Source: Actinomycetota bacterium
Lineage (GTDB): Bacteria > Actinomycetota > Actinomycetes > S36-B12
Assembly (NCBI GenBank): GCA_009699705.1
Contig: WLNQ01000003.1
Span: forward strand, 1-39,370
DNA length: 39,370 bases
Direction: 5' to 3'
The stretch's first letter is position 1, and every line of letters begins with the position of its first letter. Positions 1 through 10,365 of this stretch are shown here, one piece after another. The notes under the pieces were generated by a model, which worked only from the letters and a program-made list of their open reading frames with translations, ran no database searches and had not been told where the DNA came from. Made by a program: the position numbers and the translations under genes.

Positions 1-454
1 CAACGCCTTCGCCTCGACCGGTAAGGCCCAGGCCATCTGTGGTGGTGCCTGAAACACGAATCGGGGCTCCCACTGCTGCAGAAAGCACTGCTTGCGCTTC
101 CTCTCGCCGAGTTCCCATGCGCGGACTGTTGCCGATGACTTGGACTGAACCATTTGCGATGACAAATCCAGCAGCTCGCACGAGTGTGGCCACGTGGTTG
201 ACCATCGTGATGCCAGAAGCACCGCTCCACTGCGGGTCATCGGTGCCAAAGATCGAACCAAGATCACCAAGTCCAGCGGCAGACAGCAAGGCATCACAGA
301 GCGCATGGCAAGCCACATCTGCATCCGAATGCCCGGCTAGTCCGGTGACATCAGGCCAATGCAGACCTGCCATCCACATCTGGCGGCCAGACTCAAAAGC
401 GTGAACATCCACACCCATGCCCACATTCGGCATTGCAAACTCCGGATTAGCCAT
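1..454 (-). CDS. ispF: 2-C-methyl-D-erythritol 2,4-cyclodiphosphate synthase (3' end runs off window)
   Basis: Not in ORF track. Hand translation from ATG at 454: [20 protein letters not shown]...[26 protein letters not shown]...[14 protein letters not shown]. Has the IspF DxH and HSDxD motifs and overlaps the ispD stop. Confidence 0.95.
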   Translation of the reverse strand, partial: MANPEFAMPNVGMGVDVHAFESGRQMWMAGLHWPDVTGLAGHSDADVACHALCDALLSAAGLGDLGSIFGTDDPQWSGASGITMVNHVATLVRAAGFVIANGSVQVIGNSPRMGTRREEAQAVLSAAVGAPIRVSGTTTDGLGLTGRGEGV

Positions 455-1160
455 TAGTTCGCGCTGCCCTTCTTTTTGTTAACAGGGCTTCTGCGAGTAA
501 CAAATCAATGGGGCGGGTCACCTTGAAGGCTTCTTCGTGGCCAGGAATCACCCGAACCGCAACTCCATGAAGTTCAACCAGACCCGCATCGTCGGTGGTC
601 AAGTCATCGTCAGCAGCAGCATGGGCTGCCTGTAGCACCGAACGCGAGAATCCCTGGGGGGTTTGCACTGCCCGCAATGAGCTGCGATCAGGAGTTCCTG
701 TAACGAACCCAGAGCCGTCAATAGTTTTGATGGTGTCTGTGACAGCAAGAGCTGGAATAACAGCGTCATGACCGCTTCGGACCTCGTGAACAACTGCGCT
801 CACGAGTTCACTTGGCACAAAGGGTCGAGCAGCATCGTGAACGAGCACCACGTCCACATCGTCAGGCAAGACGAGCAGGGCTCGGGCCACGGATGCTTGG
901 CGAGTTTCACCACCAGCAACGACCACAATTTCCGCTCCGCTTTCATGTTCAACAAAAAGCGCGCGAACCGCATCGACTTCAGTTTCAGGGGCCGCAATCA
1001 CCACGAGATCCACAACTCTTGAAGACGCCAAGCAGTGAACCGCATGAACGAGCATCGGAATTCCGCCAATAGTGCGCAAGGCTTTGGGCACCCCAGCACC
1101 GAGACGCTCACCGCGACCGGCGGCTGGTACCAGGGCCGCAGTGCGCCCTAGGACAGTCAC
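447..1160 (-). CDS. ispD: 2-C-methyl-D-erythritol 4-phosphate cytidylyltransferase
   Basis: [42 protein letters not shown] motifs; carD-ispD-ispF order. Confidence 0.97.
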   Translation of the reverse strand: MTVLGRTAALVPAAGRGERLGAGVPKALRTIGGIPMLVHAVHCLASSRVVDLVVIAAPETEVDAVRALFVEHESGAEIVVVAGGETRQASVARALLVLPDDVDVVLVHDAARPFVPSELVSAVVHEVRSGHDAVIPALAVTDTIKTIDGSGFVTGTPDRSSLRAVQTPQGFSRSVLQAAHAAADDDLTTDDAGLVELHGVAVRVIPGHEEAFKVTRPIDLLLAEALLTKRRAARTNG

Positions 1161-1162
1161 AA

Positions 1163-1645
1163 CTAAGAGGCGAGGACCTCATCGAGGATGGCCTCAGCCT
1201 TAACCTCGTTGGTCTTCTCAGCTAGAGCCAGCTCGCTTACTAAAATTTGACGGGCTTTGGCGAGCATGCGCTTTTCGCCAGCCGACAAACCACGTTCTTT
1301 TTCACGGCGCCAAAGGTCGCGCACAACTTCAGCGACCTTGATGACGTCACCGGAAGCAAGCTTTTCCAAGTTTGCCTTGTAACGACGTGACCAGTTGGTT
1401 GGTTCTTCTGTGTAAGGCTGACGAAGCACATTGAAGACTTTGTCGAGTCCTTCAGCGTTGACGACGTCGCGCACGCCAACGAGGTCAACATTGTCCGAGG
1501 GGACGCGAACAGTCAGGTCACCTTGAGCAATTCGGAGCACTAAGTACTCGCGATCCTCACCCTTGACTGTGCGAATCTCCATGGCTTCGATAACTGCAGC
1601 CCCATGGTGTGGGTAGACGACCGTGTCGCCAACATTGAAAGCCAT
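1163..1645 (-). CDS. carD: CarD family RNA polymerase-binding transcription factor
   Basis: [37 protein letters not shown]; AAAGGGG RBS upstream. Confidence 0.97.
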   Translation of the reverse strand: MAFNVGDTVVYPHHGAAVIEAMEIRTVKGEDREYLVLRIAQGDLTVRVPSDNVDLVGVRDVVNAEGLDKVFNVLRQPYTEEPTNWSRRYKANLEKLASGDVIKVAEVVRDLWRREKERGLSAGEKRMLAKARQILVSELALAEKTNEVKAEAILDEVLAS

Positions 1646-1732
1646 TGAGTAAAACCCCTTTCGAGACCGCTAAGACTACCACGGGGAGTACCACGAGAAG
1701 ACACGTAAAAATCTGGTCGCTACCCTTCCCTT

Positions 1733-2317
1733 GTGACGAACACACGGTTGACCCGACGCCCACTTGCCCGCCGCAGCTCAATTGCCCTCGCAGTTATGGC
1801 TCTTGCCGCAGTTCCAGCCCTCTCAGGCTGCTTCAGCGGTCAGGGAGCGACCACGACGGTGCAATCGGGCATGAATTCAGGTGACGGCACCATGGCTACG
1901 GCCGGTTCCATGAAGGTCGTCAACGTCACGATCGTGATTGGCGAAGGCGTGGGCCCGGCTCAGCTCATTGGAAACATCATCAACCAAGGAACTGGTGCTG
2001 ACACCCTGAACAGCATCGAAGTGGCCGGCCGGCCCGTGACTGCCCAGCCGCCAATTGGTGAAATCGCTCCAGCCCAAAGCATTACCTTCGGCTACCAAGA
2101 TTCCGCGATCAAAGTTCCAGTCCGCGGACTAGCAGCGGCGATCAGCACCTACGTGCCGGTTACATTTAATTTCCAAAACGCTGGAACATTGAAGATCAGT
2201 GTTTTGACTGTTCCTGACACGGGCATCTACGCCGGGATCACCAACACGGTGAAGGTTGAAAACCTGCTCCCTACGCCGGCTCCTGTTGCGAGCTCTTCGG
2301 CACCTGAAGCGCTATAA
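1733..2317 (+). CDS. Lipoprotein, LpqE-like / PCuAC-like fold
   Basis: Arg-rich N-region, lipobox LSGC, VTFNFQNAG C-terminal motif, divergent from carD as in other actinomycetes; TACCCT-N6-GTG leaderless start. Confidence 0.75.
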   Translation: MTNTRLTRRPLARRSSIALAVMALAAVPALSGCFSGQGATTTVQSGMNSGDGTMATAGSMKVVNVTIVIGEGVGPAQLIGNIINQGTGADTLNSIEVAGRPVTAQPPIGEIAPAQSITFGYQDSAIKVPVRGLAAAISTYVPVTFNFQNAGTLKISVLTVPDTGIYAGITNTVKVENLLPTPAPVASSSAPEAL

Positions 2318-2338
2318 CTCAGCTAAAACAAAGAAAAT

Positions 2339-3019
2339 TTAGCCCTGATAGCGGTAGCCAAGACCGCGCACGGTTAACAGATGCACGGGGTTGGCCGGAT
2401 CACTTTCAACCTTGGAGCGAAGACGCTTGACGTGTACGTCAAGGGTCTTGGTGTCACCCACATAGTCGGCGCCCCAAATGCGATCAATGAGTTGAGTTCG
2501 TGTCATGACGCGACCAGCATTTCGAACGAGAAACTCAAGTAGGTCGAATTCTTTGAGTGGCATCGTGGTTTGTTCACCGCGGATCGTTACGACGTGACGA
2601 TCCAAGTCGATGCGCACTGGACCTTCTTCAACCACGGTGGGTAAGAGATCTTCAACATCACCGTGGCGACGCAAAACCGCTTTGATGCGAGCGAGTAGTT
2701 CTCGTGACGAGAAAGGCTTCGTTACATAGTCGTCTGCGCCAAGTTCAAGACCAACCACCTTGTCGACTTCACCGTCTTTAGCTGAGAGCATGATGATTGG
2801 GACTGAAGATTTCATTCGTATGTGCTTACAAACTTCAGTGCCTGACAAGCCTGGCAACATCAAGTCGAGTAACAACAAATCCGCGCCATTGCGGTCAAAA
2901 AGTTCGATGGCTTTATTACCATCAGCTGCTACTTCAACTTCGTAACCTTCGCGCTTCAACATGAACGCAAGTGCCTCAGAAAACGACTCCTCGTCTTCCA
3001 CGATCAATACCTTGGTCAT
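2339..3019 (-). CDS. regX3: OmpR-family response regulator RegX3 (PhoP-like)
   Basis: Receiver VEDE/LLDLMLPG/KPF plus winged HTH WGADYVGDTKTLDVHVKRLRSK; downstream of senX3 and divergent from phoU. Confidence 0.93.
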   Translation of the reverse strand: MTKVLIVEDEESFSEALAFMLKREGYEVEVAADGNKAIELFDRNGADLLLLDLMLPGLSGTEVCKHIRMKSSVPIIMLSAKDGEVDKVVGLELGADDYVTKPFSSRELLARIKAVLRRHGDVEDLLPTVVEEGPVRIDLDRHVVTIRGEQTTMPLKEFDLLEFLVRNAGRVMTRTQLIDRIWGADYVGDTKTLDVHVKRLRSKVESDPANPVHLLTVRGLGYRYQG

Positions 3020-4146
3020 GAGCGCGAATCTCCATTCATTGCAGGCACTTCTACGATATTCGATTCATTCGTCGCATTCTCTGCATCGGCACCTGTGTAG
3101 GTGGGCAGGCGCAGAGTAAAGGTAGAGCCAACGCCAACTTCGGACCACACCGCGCATTCACCACCGTGGTTTTGGCACACATGCTTCACGATTGCTAGGC
3201 CCAGACCGGTGCCTCCGGTCACCCGAGAGCGAGCTGGGTCAACACGGTAAAAACGTTCGAAAACTCGATCGAGATCGTTTGATGGAATTCCGATGCCCTG
3301 ATCCTTGACCATGATCTCGACGATGGAATTAATTTCACGAGTATGAATCGCAACGCTGGTGCCATCTGAGGAATAGGCGATCGCATTGACCAGCAAGTTA
3401 CGCACTGCGGTTTGCAGTTGACTGGCATCGGCGAACACAAAAGTTGGGGCCTCCGATGCGACGACTACAGAAATCCCGCGGTCCACCGCGATCATGCGGA
3501 CATCTTCAACTGCTCGTTGCACCACCTCGTCGATGTCTACGACGTTTGAATGAGTCAGCGGATCATCACCTTGGAGTCGCGAAAGATCGATGATGTCTTG
3601 CACAAGGTGACCTAGCCGGGTTGCTTCCATCTGCATGCGCTCAGCGAAGTGACGAACTTGTTCTGGATCCTCGCTGGCAGATTGCACTGCTTCAGCAAGC
3701 ACGGAAAGTGCCCCGACCGGCGTTTTCAACTCGTGGCTGATGTTTGCAACAAAATCGCGCCGGACTGCATCGACTCGGCGTTCTTCGGCCAAGTCATCAA
3801 TCAACACCAAGATCGCGCCCGTGCCAAGGTCAGCTACCCGAACGCGAAGTTCCAGCATTTCTCGACCAAGAGGTGGGCGACGAACCCGCATTTCTTCTTC
3901 GCGTGAATCACCATCGCCCGCAACGGCATGAACCAACTTGGCGATCTCTCGCACCGTCATGACATTGCGGTTCACAAGGCCAAGGGCCGAAGCTTTTGGG
4001 CTAGCACGAAGAATATTTCCATCTTGATCTGCCACGATCGAGCACGAAGGAAGGACCGCGAGAATGCGCGCCACCTCGTCAGGGATCTCTTGGATTTCAG
4101 AGTTCGGACCTTCGCTGTGCTCCACCCGAAGCAATTTACTTGTCAC
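3016..4146 (-). CDS. senX3: Sensor histidine kinase SenX3 (PhoR-like)
   Basis: RRDFVANISHELKTP H-box, N-box, DQGIGI, FERFYRVD, GGTGLGL; start placed at GTG 4146 (TATCCT-N6-GTG). Confidence 0.92.
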   Translation of the reverse strand: MTSKLLRVEHSEGPNSEIQEIPDEVARILAVLPSCSIVADQDGNILRASPKASALGLVNRNVMTVREIAKLVHAVAGDGDSREEEMRVRRPPLGREMLELRVRVADLGTGAILVLIDDLAEERRVDAVRRDFVANISHELKTPVGALSVLAEAVQSASEDPEQVRHFAERMQMEATRLGHLVQDIIDLSRLQGDDPLTHSNVVDIDEVVQRAVEDVRMIAVDRGISVVVASEAPTFVFADASQLQTAVRNLLVNAIAYSSDGTSVAIHTREINSIVEIMVKDQGIGIPSNDLDRVFERFYRVDPARSRVTGGTGLGLAIVKHVCQNHGGECAVWSEVGVGSTFTLRLPTYTGADAENATNESNIVEVPAMNGDSRS

Positions 4147-4217
4147 ATTCGAAGGATATGGAGGCCAGGGGCGTAAGAGCAATCAACAGGCGCTTGGGCT
4201 CCGAACTTTCGCTCAGG

Positions 4218-4266
4218 GTTCACCTGACCCACTTGTCATTCACTTCGCCTTTATGTGACGTTCAAC
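4218..4266 (+). promoter_or_regulatory. Putative PHO-box / RegX3 binding repeats
   Basis: GTTCACC (4218), ATTCACT (4238), GTTCAAC (4260) in the senX3-phoU divergent spacer; 4227/4238/4249/4260 fall on an 11-nt period. Confidence 0.5.
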
Positions 4267-4340
4267 CTTTCGCCATGTTGTTACCCAAGAGTGTGCCTAT
4301 GGGGACGTATGCTCCACGCCGAAGGGGGTTTCGCCTACCC

Positions 4341-4994
4341 ATGGCATATGCAGATGATTTAGAAGCAGTTAACGCGCGGTTGATGGAAGTAGCCGACCTC
4401 GCGGGCTCTGCCATGTTCATGGCTACCCAATCCCTACTGAACGCCGATAACGACTTGGCTCAGGGCGTTATCGCCCAAGACGAGCGCATTGACATCCTCG
4501 CGGCAGAAATCGAAGAACGCTGCGTGGAATTAATTTCCATACATCACCCCACCGACCGAGAATTGCGCATTCTCATCGGATCCCTGCGCATCGCTGCCTC
4601 CCTTGAGCGCATGGGCGACCTTGCTTCGCATGTGGCCAAGCAAGCCCGAATGCGTTTTCCAAACCCCGTGGTTCCCCAAGAACTTCGCAGCACGTTTGAG
4701 GAAATGGGCGCCCTAGCTCAGGCCATTGTCACCAAGACCGCCGAGGTTATTGCCACCAAAGATCTAACGCTCGCCACCGATATTGCCGGACACGATGAAG
4801 ATGTCGATCGCCTCCACCTTGAGCTCTTTCGCGTGGTTCTTTCCCCAACGTGGCAACATGGGGTGGAAAGCGCTATCGACATCACCCTGCTTTCGCGTTA
4901 CTACGAGCGATATGCCGACCATGCCGTGTCAGTGACCCGGCGCCTGATCACCATCGTGACTGGTGATCCTTATGTCGGGGTCTCCCTCACCTAA
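4341..4994 (+). CDS. phoU: Phosphate signalling protein PhoU
   Basis: LERMGDLASHVAK, DEDVDRLH, RYYERYADHAV; start moved to ATG 4341 because the longer ORF spans the promoter region. Confidence 0.93.
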   Translation: MAYADDLEAVNARLMEVADLAGSAMFMATQSLLNADNDLAQGVIAQDERIDILAAEIEERCVELISIHHPTDRELRILIGSLRIAASLERMGDLASHVAKQARMRFPNPVVPQELRSTFEEMGALAQAIVTKTAEVIATKDLTLATDIAGHDEDVDRLHLELFRVVLSPTWQHGVESAIDITLLSRYYERYADHAVSVTRRLITIVTGDPYVGVSLT

Positions 4995-5029
4995 GCGATA
5001 AGCGCAAGCGGTTGTCAGTTTCGCACCTT

Positions 5030-5048
5030 TTATGTAAGGCTGCCCTAA
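5030..5048 (+). promoter_or_regulatory. IdeR/DtxR/DmdR-type 19-bp iron box over the mshA promoter
   Basis: TTATGTAAGGCTGCCCTAA matches TWAGGTWAGSCTWACCTWA at 16/19; TTGTCA -35-like hexamer at 5012-5017. Confidence 0.65.
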
Positions 5049-5073
5049 CGGGGATTTGGCTAGGGAGGTGAAA

Positions 5074-6372
5074 ATGACGGTCAGTGCGTTGCACCCACAT
5101 CGGAAAGTACCCAACCGGGTGGCTTTGCTGTCTATTCATACTTCACCCCTTGATCAGCCAGGCACGGGCGATGCTGGCGGCATGAACGTCTACGTGCTCG
5201 AAACGGCGAAACAACTCGCACATGCGGGTGTCGAAGTCGAAGTCTTTACCCGCGCAACCCGCTCAAATCATGAGTCAGTGGTTGAAATTGCTCCCGGAAT
5301 TTTGGTCCGCCATGTGACAGCCGGCCCTTTTGAGGGATTGCGCAAGGAAGACCTACCTGGCCAGCTCTGCGCTGTTACCTCTGGCGTGCTTCGGGCTGAA
5401 GCTTCCCGCCCTGAAGGTTGGTTCGACTTGATCCACTCACATTATTGGCTTTCAGGCCAAGTGGGCTGGTTGGCCTCTGAGCGCTGGGGCGTCCCGCTCG
5501 TGCACACGATGCACACGATGGCAAAAGTGAAAAATGCTGACTTAGCTCTAGGTGACAAGCCTGAACCTCAAGGCCGGGTTATCGGGGAAGAACAAGTAGT
5601 CGAAGCTGCGACACGACTCATCGCCAATACCCGGGATGAAGCACGACAACTCATTGATTTATATGACGCCAACCCCGCCCACGTTGATGTGGTGCACCCA
5701 GGTGTGGATCTTTCGCTGTTCTCCCCGGGCAGCCAAGTCAGCTCCCGTGCTCGATTTGGCGTGAACCCCGACGCGTTGTTGTTGTTGTTTGTCGGGCGCA
5801 TCCAACCGCTGAAGGCTCCTGATGTGTTGTTACGTGCAGCCGCCGAAATGGTGCGAACACACCCTGAATTGCGTTCGCGTTTGCTCGTTGTGATTGCTGG
5901 TGGACCTTCAGGTTCTGGTCTAGACCGCCCAACGTCGCTCGTAGATTTAGCGCATGAACTCGGCATCACTGACCTTGTTCGATTTGAACCACCTACTGAT
6001 CGGGCAACCCTTGCAGATTGGTTCCGAGCTGCTGACCTCACCGTGGTGCCGTCGTACTCAGAATCATTTGGTCTGGTCGCTATTGAGTCACAAGCCTGCG
6101 GAACGCCAGTTGTTGCTGCAGCGGTTGGTGGTTTACGCACAGCAATTGCGAACCATGAGAGTGGCGTGTTGATAGACAGCCACAATCCTGTGGATTACGC
6201 AGCCGTTATGTGTTCGCTCCTACAGGATCGAAATCAACTGAAAAAGTTGCAGGTTGGTTCACGCAAACATGCAGAAAACTTTGGCTGGCAAGTAACTGCA
6301 CGCGGACTCCTTGATTCTTATTCGCTCGCAATTTCTGACTATGCAATGCGCACAACTAGTGTTGCACTGTGA
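5074..6372 (+). CDS. mshA: D-inositol-3-phosphate glycosyltransferase (mycothiol biosynthesis)
   Basis: [52 protein letters not shown]; GGAGG RBS before ATG 5074. Confidence 0.96.
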   Translation: MTVSALHPHRKVPNRVALLSIHTSPLDQPGTGDAGGMNVYVLETAKQLAHAGVEVEVFTRATRSNHESVVEIAPGILVRHVTAGPFEGLRKEDLPGQLCAVTSGVLRAEASRPEGWFDLIHSHYWLSGQVGWLASERWGVPLVHTMHTMAKVKNADLALGDKPEPQGRVIGEEQVVEAATRLIANTRDEARQLIDLYDANPAHVDVVHPGVDLSLFSPGSQVSSRARFGVNPDALLLLFVGRIQPLKAPDVLLRAAAEMVRTHPELRSRLLVVIAGGPSGSGLDRPTSLVDLAHELGITDLVRFEPPTDRATLADWFRAADLTVVPSYSESFGLVAIESQACGTPVVAAAVGGLRTAIANHESGVLIDSHNPVDYAAVMCSLLQDRNQLKKLQVGSRKHAENFGWQVTARGLLDSYSLAISDYAMRTTSVAL

Positions 6373-6385
6373 AGGTAATACGTAG

Positions 6386-6889
6386 GTGAGCGAAAAAGAA
6401 TCAGTCAGCGCAGAGATCCGCGCTTATCTAGAACTCAACGAAATTGAATTTGAAGAAATTGCCGGACCCACTTTCGTCGTGACTCTTCCCGGTGTGAAGA
6501 AACTGAAAACCAACGTCGCCCTTCGAGTTGGTACACATGCCGTGTCGGTCAGTGCCTTCGTTGCCCGGTGCCCAGAAGAAAATGCGGACAAGGTGCACGC
6601 CTGGCTCCTCGAAAAAAATCGACGCATGTACGGGGTCGCGTTTTCCATTGATCAATACGGTGATATTTATTTAACTGGTCGCGTCGCACTCCGGGCCATC
6701 GATGATCACGAACTTGATCGACTGCTCGGCTCAGTTCTTGAATACGCAGACGAGTCTTTCAACCCCATCCTTGAACTTGGGTTTCTCAGCGCGATGCAAC
6801 GCGAATGGGACTGGCGCATTTCCCGCGGCGAACCAACCTTCAACCTCGAAGCGTGGCGACACCTCCTTGAACATCCCAGTGAGCAATAA
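6386..6889 (+). CDS. YbjN domain protein
   Basis: LPG.KKLKT, AFV.R.P.EN, ILELGF..A..REW.WR..RGE; usual position after mshA. Confidence 0.85.
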   Translation: MSEKESVSAEIRAYLELNEIEFEEIAGPTFVVTLPGVKKLKTNVALRVGTHAVSVSAFVARCPEENADKVHAWLLEKNRRMYGVAFSIDQYGDIYLTGRVALRAIDDHELDRLLGSVLEYADESFNPILELGFLSAMQREWDWRISRGEPTFNLEAWRHLLEHPSEQ

Positions 6890-6916
6890 CCAAGCCGCTA
6901 CCGGCAAAATGTGGTC

Positions 6917-7687
6917 ATGACTACAAGCCAGGCCCCTTACACCTTGATTCTGCTTCGCCATGGCGAAAGCGAATGGAACGCCAAGAATCTGTTCACAGGG
7001 TGGGTCGATGTTGATCTGAACGACAAAGGCTTGGCTGAGGCCCAACGGGGCGGTGAACTCTTAAAGGCTGCCGGAATCTTCCCTGATGTTGTACACACCT
7101 CGCTGCTGAAGCGCGCCATCAAGACGAGCCAGATTGCTCTGGAAGCAGCAGACCGCCATTGGATCCCTGTGGTGCGCAACTGGCGCCTAAACGAACGTCA
7201 CTACGGCGCGCTCCAAGGAAAAGACAAGGCCCAGACCCTCGCGGAATATGGCGAAGAGCAATTCATGCTCTGGCGTCGCTCATATGACACCCCGCCGCCA
7301 GCGATTGACCCCAATAACGAGTGGGCCCAAACCCACGAAGTTCGCTATTCAAGCTTGCCTCCGGAAGCCGTTCCTGCGACAGAATGTTTGAAAGATGTTG
7401 TCACGCGTTTAATCCCCTACTGGGAAGACGTGATCGTTGCCGAAGACTTGCGTGCCGGAAAAACAGTGTTGATCGCTGCTCATGGCAACTCACTTCGCGC
7501 ACTCGTGAAGCACCTCGACGGGATATCCGATGCTGATATCGCCGGGCTCAATATTCCAACCGGTATCCCGCTGATCTATCGTCTCGACGAAAACCTCAAG
7601 CCAATCATCGCCGGTGGGCAATATTTGGATCCAGAAGCGGCAGCCACTGCCGCAGCCGCCGTTGCTGCACAGGGCAAGAAGAAGTAA
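6917..7687 (+). CDS. gpmA: 2,3-bisphosphoglycerate-dependent phosphoglycerate mutase
   Basis: [45 protein letters not shown]. Confidence 0.97.
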   Translation: MTTSQAPYTLILLRHGESEWNAKNLFTGWVDVDLNDKGLAEAQRGGELLKAAGIFPDVVHTSLLKRAIKTSQIALEAADRHWIPVVRNWRLNERHYGALQGKDKAQTLAEYGEEQFMLWRRSYDTPPPAIDPNNEWAQTHEVRYSSLPPEAVPATECLKDVVTRLIPYWEDVIVAEDLRAGKTVLIAAHGNSLRALVKHLDGISDADIAGLNIPTGIPLIYRLDENLKPIIAGGQYLDPEAAATAAAAVAAQGKKK

Positions 7688-7975
7688 CTACCAGCGGTTG
7701 TTCAAAATCTCCTGGATGCGCGGGCGCACATCGAAGAGATAGACCAACGATGCTACGAGCCCTGCGATCCCCAAGAGCCCCAATGGATCTTGGAAGATCA
7801 AACCTGCCAGAGCTGATATCCCGGTCAAGACGAGCCATAACGGCTTGGATTGGCGCCCAACAGCGGCGAAAGCCTGCGCTGGCCTACGAACACAATCGGC
7901 GAATGCGTAGATCTTCAACCCAAGGAAGAGAACCCACAGCACCAAGATCACAATGTTTTGCACCTGAAAGAACAC
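7688..7975 (-). CDS. DUF2516 family membrane protein
   Basis: Hydrophobic; AF.A.G..SK..W and VYL.DVRP motifs; TACCTT-N6-GTG start at 7975. Confidence 0.85.
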   Translation of the reverse strand: MFFQVQNIVILVLWVLFLGLKIYAFADCVRRPAQAFAAVGRQSKPLWLVLTGISALAGLIFQDPLGLLGIAGLVASLVYLFDVRPRIQEILNNRW

Positions 7976-8023
7976 CACCTCAAGGTAACTGATGGGCAAG
8001 ACCATTCATGACAGGGTGGGTAC

Positions 8024-8473
8024 ATGAGAGCGCTAGTGCAACGAGCCCTAGGGGCAAGCGTCAGCGTTGATGGCGAAGTCCTTGGAAGCTTCTCGGGGCC
8101 CGGCCTAGTGGTTCTCATCGGCGTGACCCACACCGATGATGCGCCTACCGCCCAAAAACTGGCGGAAAAAATCTTTCAGCTACGAATTTTCAATGGCGAT
8201 TCCGGCGAGGTTTCAGCCAGAGATCTGGACGCACCTTTGCTCGTGATTAGCCAATTCACGTTATACGCAGACACGAAAAAAGGTCGCCGCCCCAGTTGGG
8301 ATGCCGCCGCCCCTGCGCCGATTGCCGAGCCGCTCGTTCAAGAATGTATCGATGCCCTGCGTCGCCTTGGAGCAACAGTTCACACCGGTAAGTTCGGCGC
8401 AGATATGCAAGTGAACTTCACCAATGACGGTCCCATCACCATTTTGTTGGAGCTGGATCCTCCACTGCTGTAA
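8024..8473 (+). CDS. dtd: D-aminoacyl-tRNA deacylase
   Basis: MRALVQR, SQFTL, KGRRPSW, FGADM.V...NDGPIT. Confidence 0.96.
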   Translation: MRALVQRALGASVSVDGEVLGSFSGPGLVVLIGVTHTDDAPTAQKLAEKIFQLRIFNGDSGEVSARDLDAPLLVISQFTLYADTKKGRRPSWDAAAPAPIAEPLVQECIDALRRLGATVHTGKFGADMQVNFTNDGPITILLELDPPLL

Positions 8474-9392
8474 TCACAATTGAGTCATGTTCTACAAGGA
8501 GTTCTTCGCCAACGCCAACATTGCGTTTGAGTATTGCTAGGGCAACCATTCCTTCTTCGTAATGCCGCGCTGCTGTGCCAATCCAACCCACGGGTTTACC
8601 GTTAAGTGAGATCACATCGCCATGGACAGGCAGTTCTTCAGCTGAACCATCGAGGTGCAGCAGGGTTAGCCGCCTCGGTGGTTGACCAAGATTGTTCACC
8701 TTGGCCACGGTTTCCTGTCCGCGATAACAGCCCTTATTGAGATGCACGGCCGAGTTCAACCAATTGACTTCATTGGGAATCGTGCGGTGATCGGTCTCGC
8801 AATTCATTCGTGGCATTCCGGCAGAAACTCGCAAAGCTTCTAGCGCCCAAGAACCAGCCTCTGGCGCTAAAGCCAGGCGATCCTCGAGTTCTGCCCGCGG
8901 AATCACCACTTCGCGGCCAGCAAATCCGCGAGCTGCGAACGGCTGCGGCACTAACCAACTTGGAAAGTCAGGATCAACGACACTCTTTGGCTCCCACACC
9001 ACGGCGAAGTCAGCACTGACATCTGCAACTTCAACCCGCAACATGAAACGCATACTGTTGAGATATGCCAACAGGGTTTCGGCCTGCCCGGGCTGAGTCA
9101 CAATCCAGGCAGTGTCGCCGTCGTCAACAAGGTGGAGTTCATATTCAACGTGACCATTGGGACTCAGGATCAGTCCCAATGCACTCTCACCTGGCTGAAG
9201 AGCGTTCACCAACTGAGTGATGAGGTCATTGAGCCAACTCAAGCGATCTGGCCCAGTAACAGTCAGGACGCTTCTATTGCTTAAGTCGACAATGCCAACA
9301 CCTTGGGCAAGTAGACGTTGCTCGCCAAGTGGATCGCCGCAATGCCAAGGCATGCCTTGATCAAAAATTACTTCCGACGGTGCAACTCGCAT
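8436..9392 (-). CDS. ygfZ: Folate-binding protein YgfZ
   Basis: KGCYRGQE signature and GcvT-like N-terminus; start overlaps the stop of the Fur-family gene. Confidence 0.93.
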   Translation of the reverse strand: MRVAPSEVIFDQGMPWHCGDPLGEQRLLAQGVGIVDLSNRSVLTVTGPDRLSWLNDLITQLVNALQPGESALGLILSPNGHVEYELHLVDDGDTAWIVTQPGQAETLLAYLNSMRFMLRVEVADVSADFAVVWEPKSVVDPDFPSWLVPQPFAARGFAGREVVIPRAELEDRLALAPEAGSWALEALRVSAGMPRMNCETDHRTIPNEVNWLNSAVHLNKGCYRGQETVAKVNNLGQPPRRLTLLHLDGSAEELPVHGDVISLNGKPVGWIGTAARHYEEGMVALAILKRNVGVGEELLVEHDSIVITAVEDPAPTKW

Positions 9393-9835
9393 CACGTGTT
9401 CCTTAATAAGTCTTCGCCAGGAACTCCAAAGCATGATTCACACTCACCATGCATTGCCATGTGCGAAATATCGGTCACGAACTTATGCTCTGATCGTAAT
9501 TCAGCAATAAACGCATCCGCAATCGCACTTGGCGCGCTTGAGACTTTGCCGCAGGTATCACAAACTAAATGAATGTGGATGTCTTCATCAACAGCGTGGT
9601 AGGTCGGCGCCCCATGCCCAATATGTGCGTGTGTCACAAGGTCAACGTCTTCAAGTACTTCAAGGGTTCGATACACCGTTGAGAGGTTTACTCCCGATGC
9701 AGTGCGCTGAACTTCTATCAAGATCTCTTCAGGTGTGCCATGGCGTAGATGTTCAACTGCCTCAAGAACCAGTTGACGTTGCGGGGTAATGCGAAAACCG
9801 TGAGTGCGCAGTCGCTGCTCCCAGTCTTTGTTCAC
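9392..9835 (-). CDS. nur: Fur-family regulator, Nur (nickel-responsive) subtype
   Basis: TPQRQLVLEAV, STVYRTL, HAHIGHGAPTYH, HIHLVC..C, C..C; resembles Streptomyces Nur as recalled, same gene context; GTG start in a GTGA overlap. Confidence 0.8.
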   Translation of the reverse strand: MNKDWEQRLRTHGFRITPQRQLVLEAVEHLRHGTPEEILIEVQRTASGVNLSTVYRTLEVLEDVDLVTHAHIGHGAPTYHAVDEDIHIHLVCDTCGKVSSAPSAIADAFIAELRSEHKFVTDISHMAMHGECESCFGVPGEDLLRNT

Positions 9836-10359
9836 GAAGGTTCCTCGGAGCGATGCAGGGTGGCGGCCAGGTGATTGCTCACTGGCTCGCCCATCGCTGC
9901 CATATCGAAGGTCCACAGCAATTTGCCTTCGACTAATCCATACAGTCGATGGCCTTCGGTGTATTCCTTTGCGCTTTGTGTGCGCGCAACGAGGTCTGTG
10001 CGCATTTCGGCGCGGGCACCAGTGATTTGGGCTTGTTCAATTCCAGTGATTTCTACCTTGCCGTACCAAATTTCGGAATAGCCGGTGGGATGTGAAAGTT
10101 GCATTTCGAGATGGTTCTCGGGGCGAGGACGCACAAATCCGGATTCAGAAGCCAGCGGGCGCACTCGATTGCCTTCGTCATCAAGCAGCCAACTGCGCGA
10201 CCAATAAGTCAAGAATGGGCGGCCATCAGTGCTGAAACTTATTTCCTGACCAAAGCGGAAATCCTCGATCGAGGGATACTGCCCGGTGCCAACACCTACC
10301 CAATGGCCAATCAACCAGGAGATAGGGGCGAGCTCAGCAGCTGTGGTGTTGGGATCCAT
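9832..10359 (-). CDS. Nitrobindin / FABP-like (DUF1794) heme-binding protein
   Basis: WLIGHWVGVG.G.YP, ESGF.R, RLYGLV, DMAAMG.P...HL. Confidence 0.9.
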   Translation of the reverse strand: MDPNTTAAELAPISWLIGHWVGVGTGQYPSIEDFRFGQEISFSTDGRPFLTYWSRSWLLDDEGNRVRPLASESGFVRPRPENHLEMQLSHPTGYSEIWYGKVEITGIEQAQITGARAEMRTDLVARTQSAKEYTEGHRLYGLVEGKLLWTFDMAAMGEPVSNHLAATLHRSEEPS

Positions 10360-10365
10360 GAGTAT

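Noticed and set aside
39-404. 121-aa plus-strand ORF
   Set aside because: Antisense shadow of ispF
4140-4340. 67-aa N-terminal extension of PhoU in the ORF track
   Set aside because: Covers the divergent promoter region and overlaps the senX3 start; PhoU similarity begins at ATG 4341
8436-8473. Convergent 3' overlap of dtd and ygfZ, and abutting stops of gpmA and DUF2516
   Set aside because: Explained by genome compaction; no evidence of regulatory function
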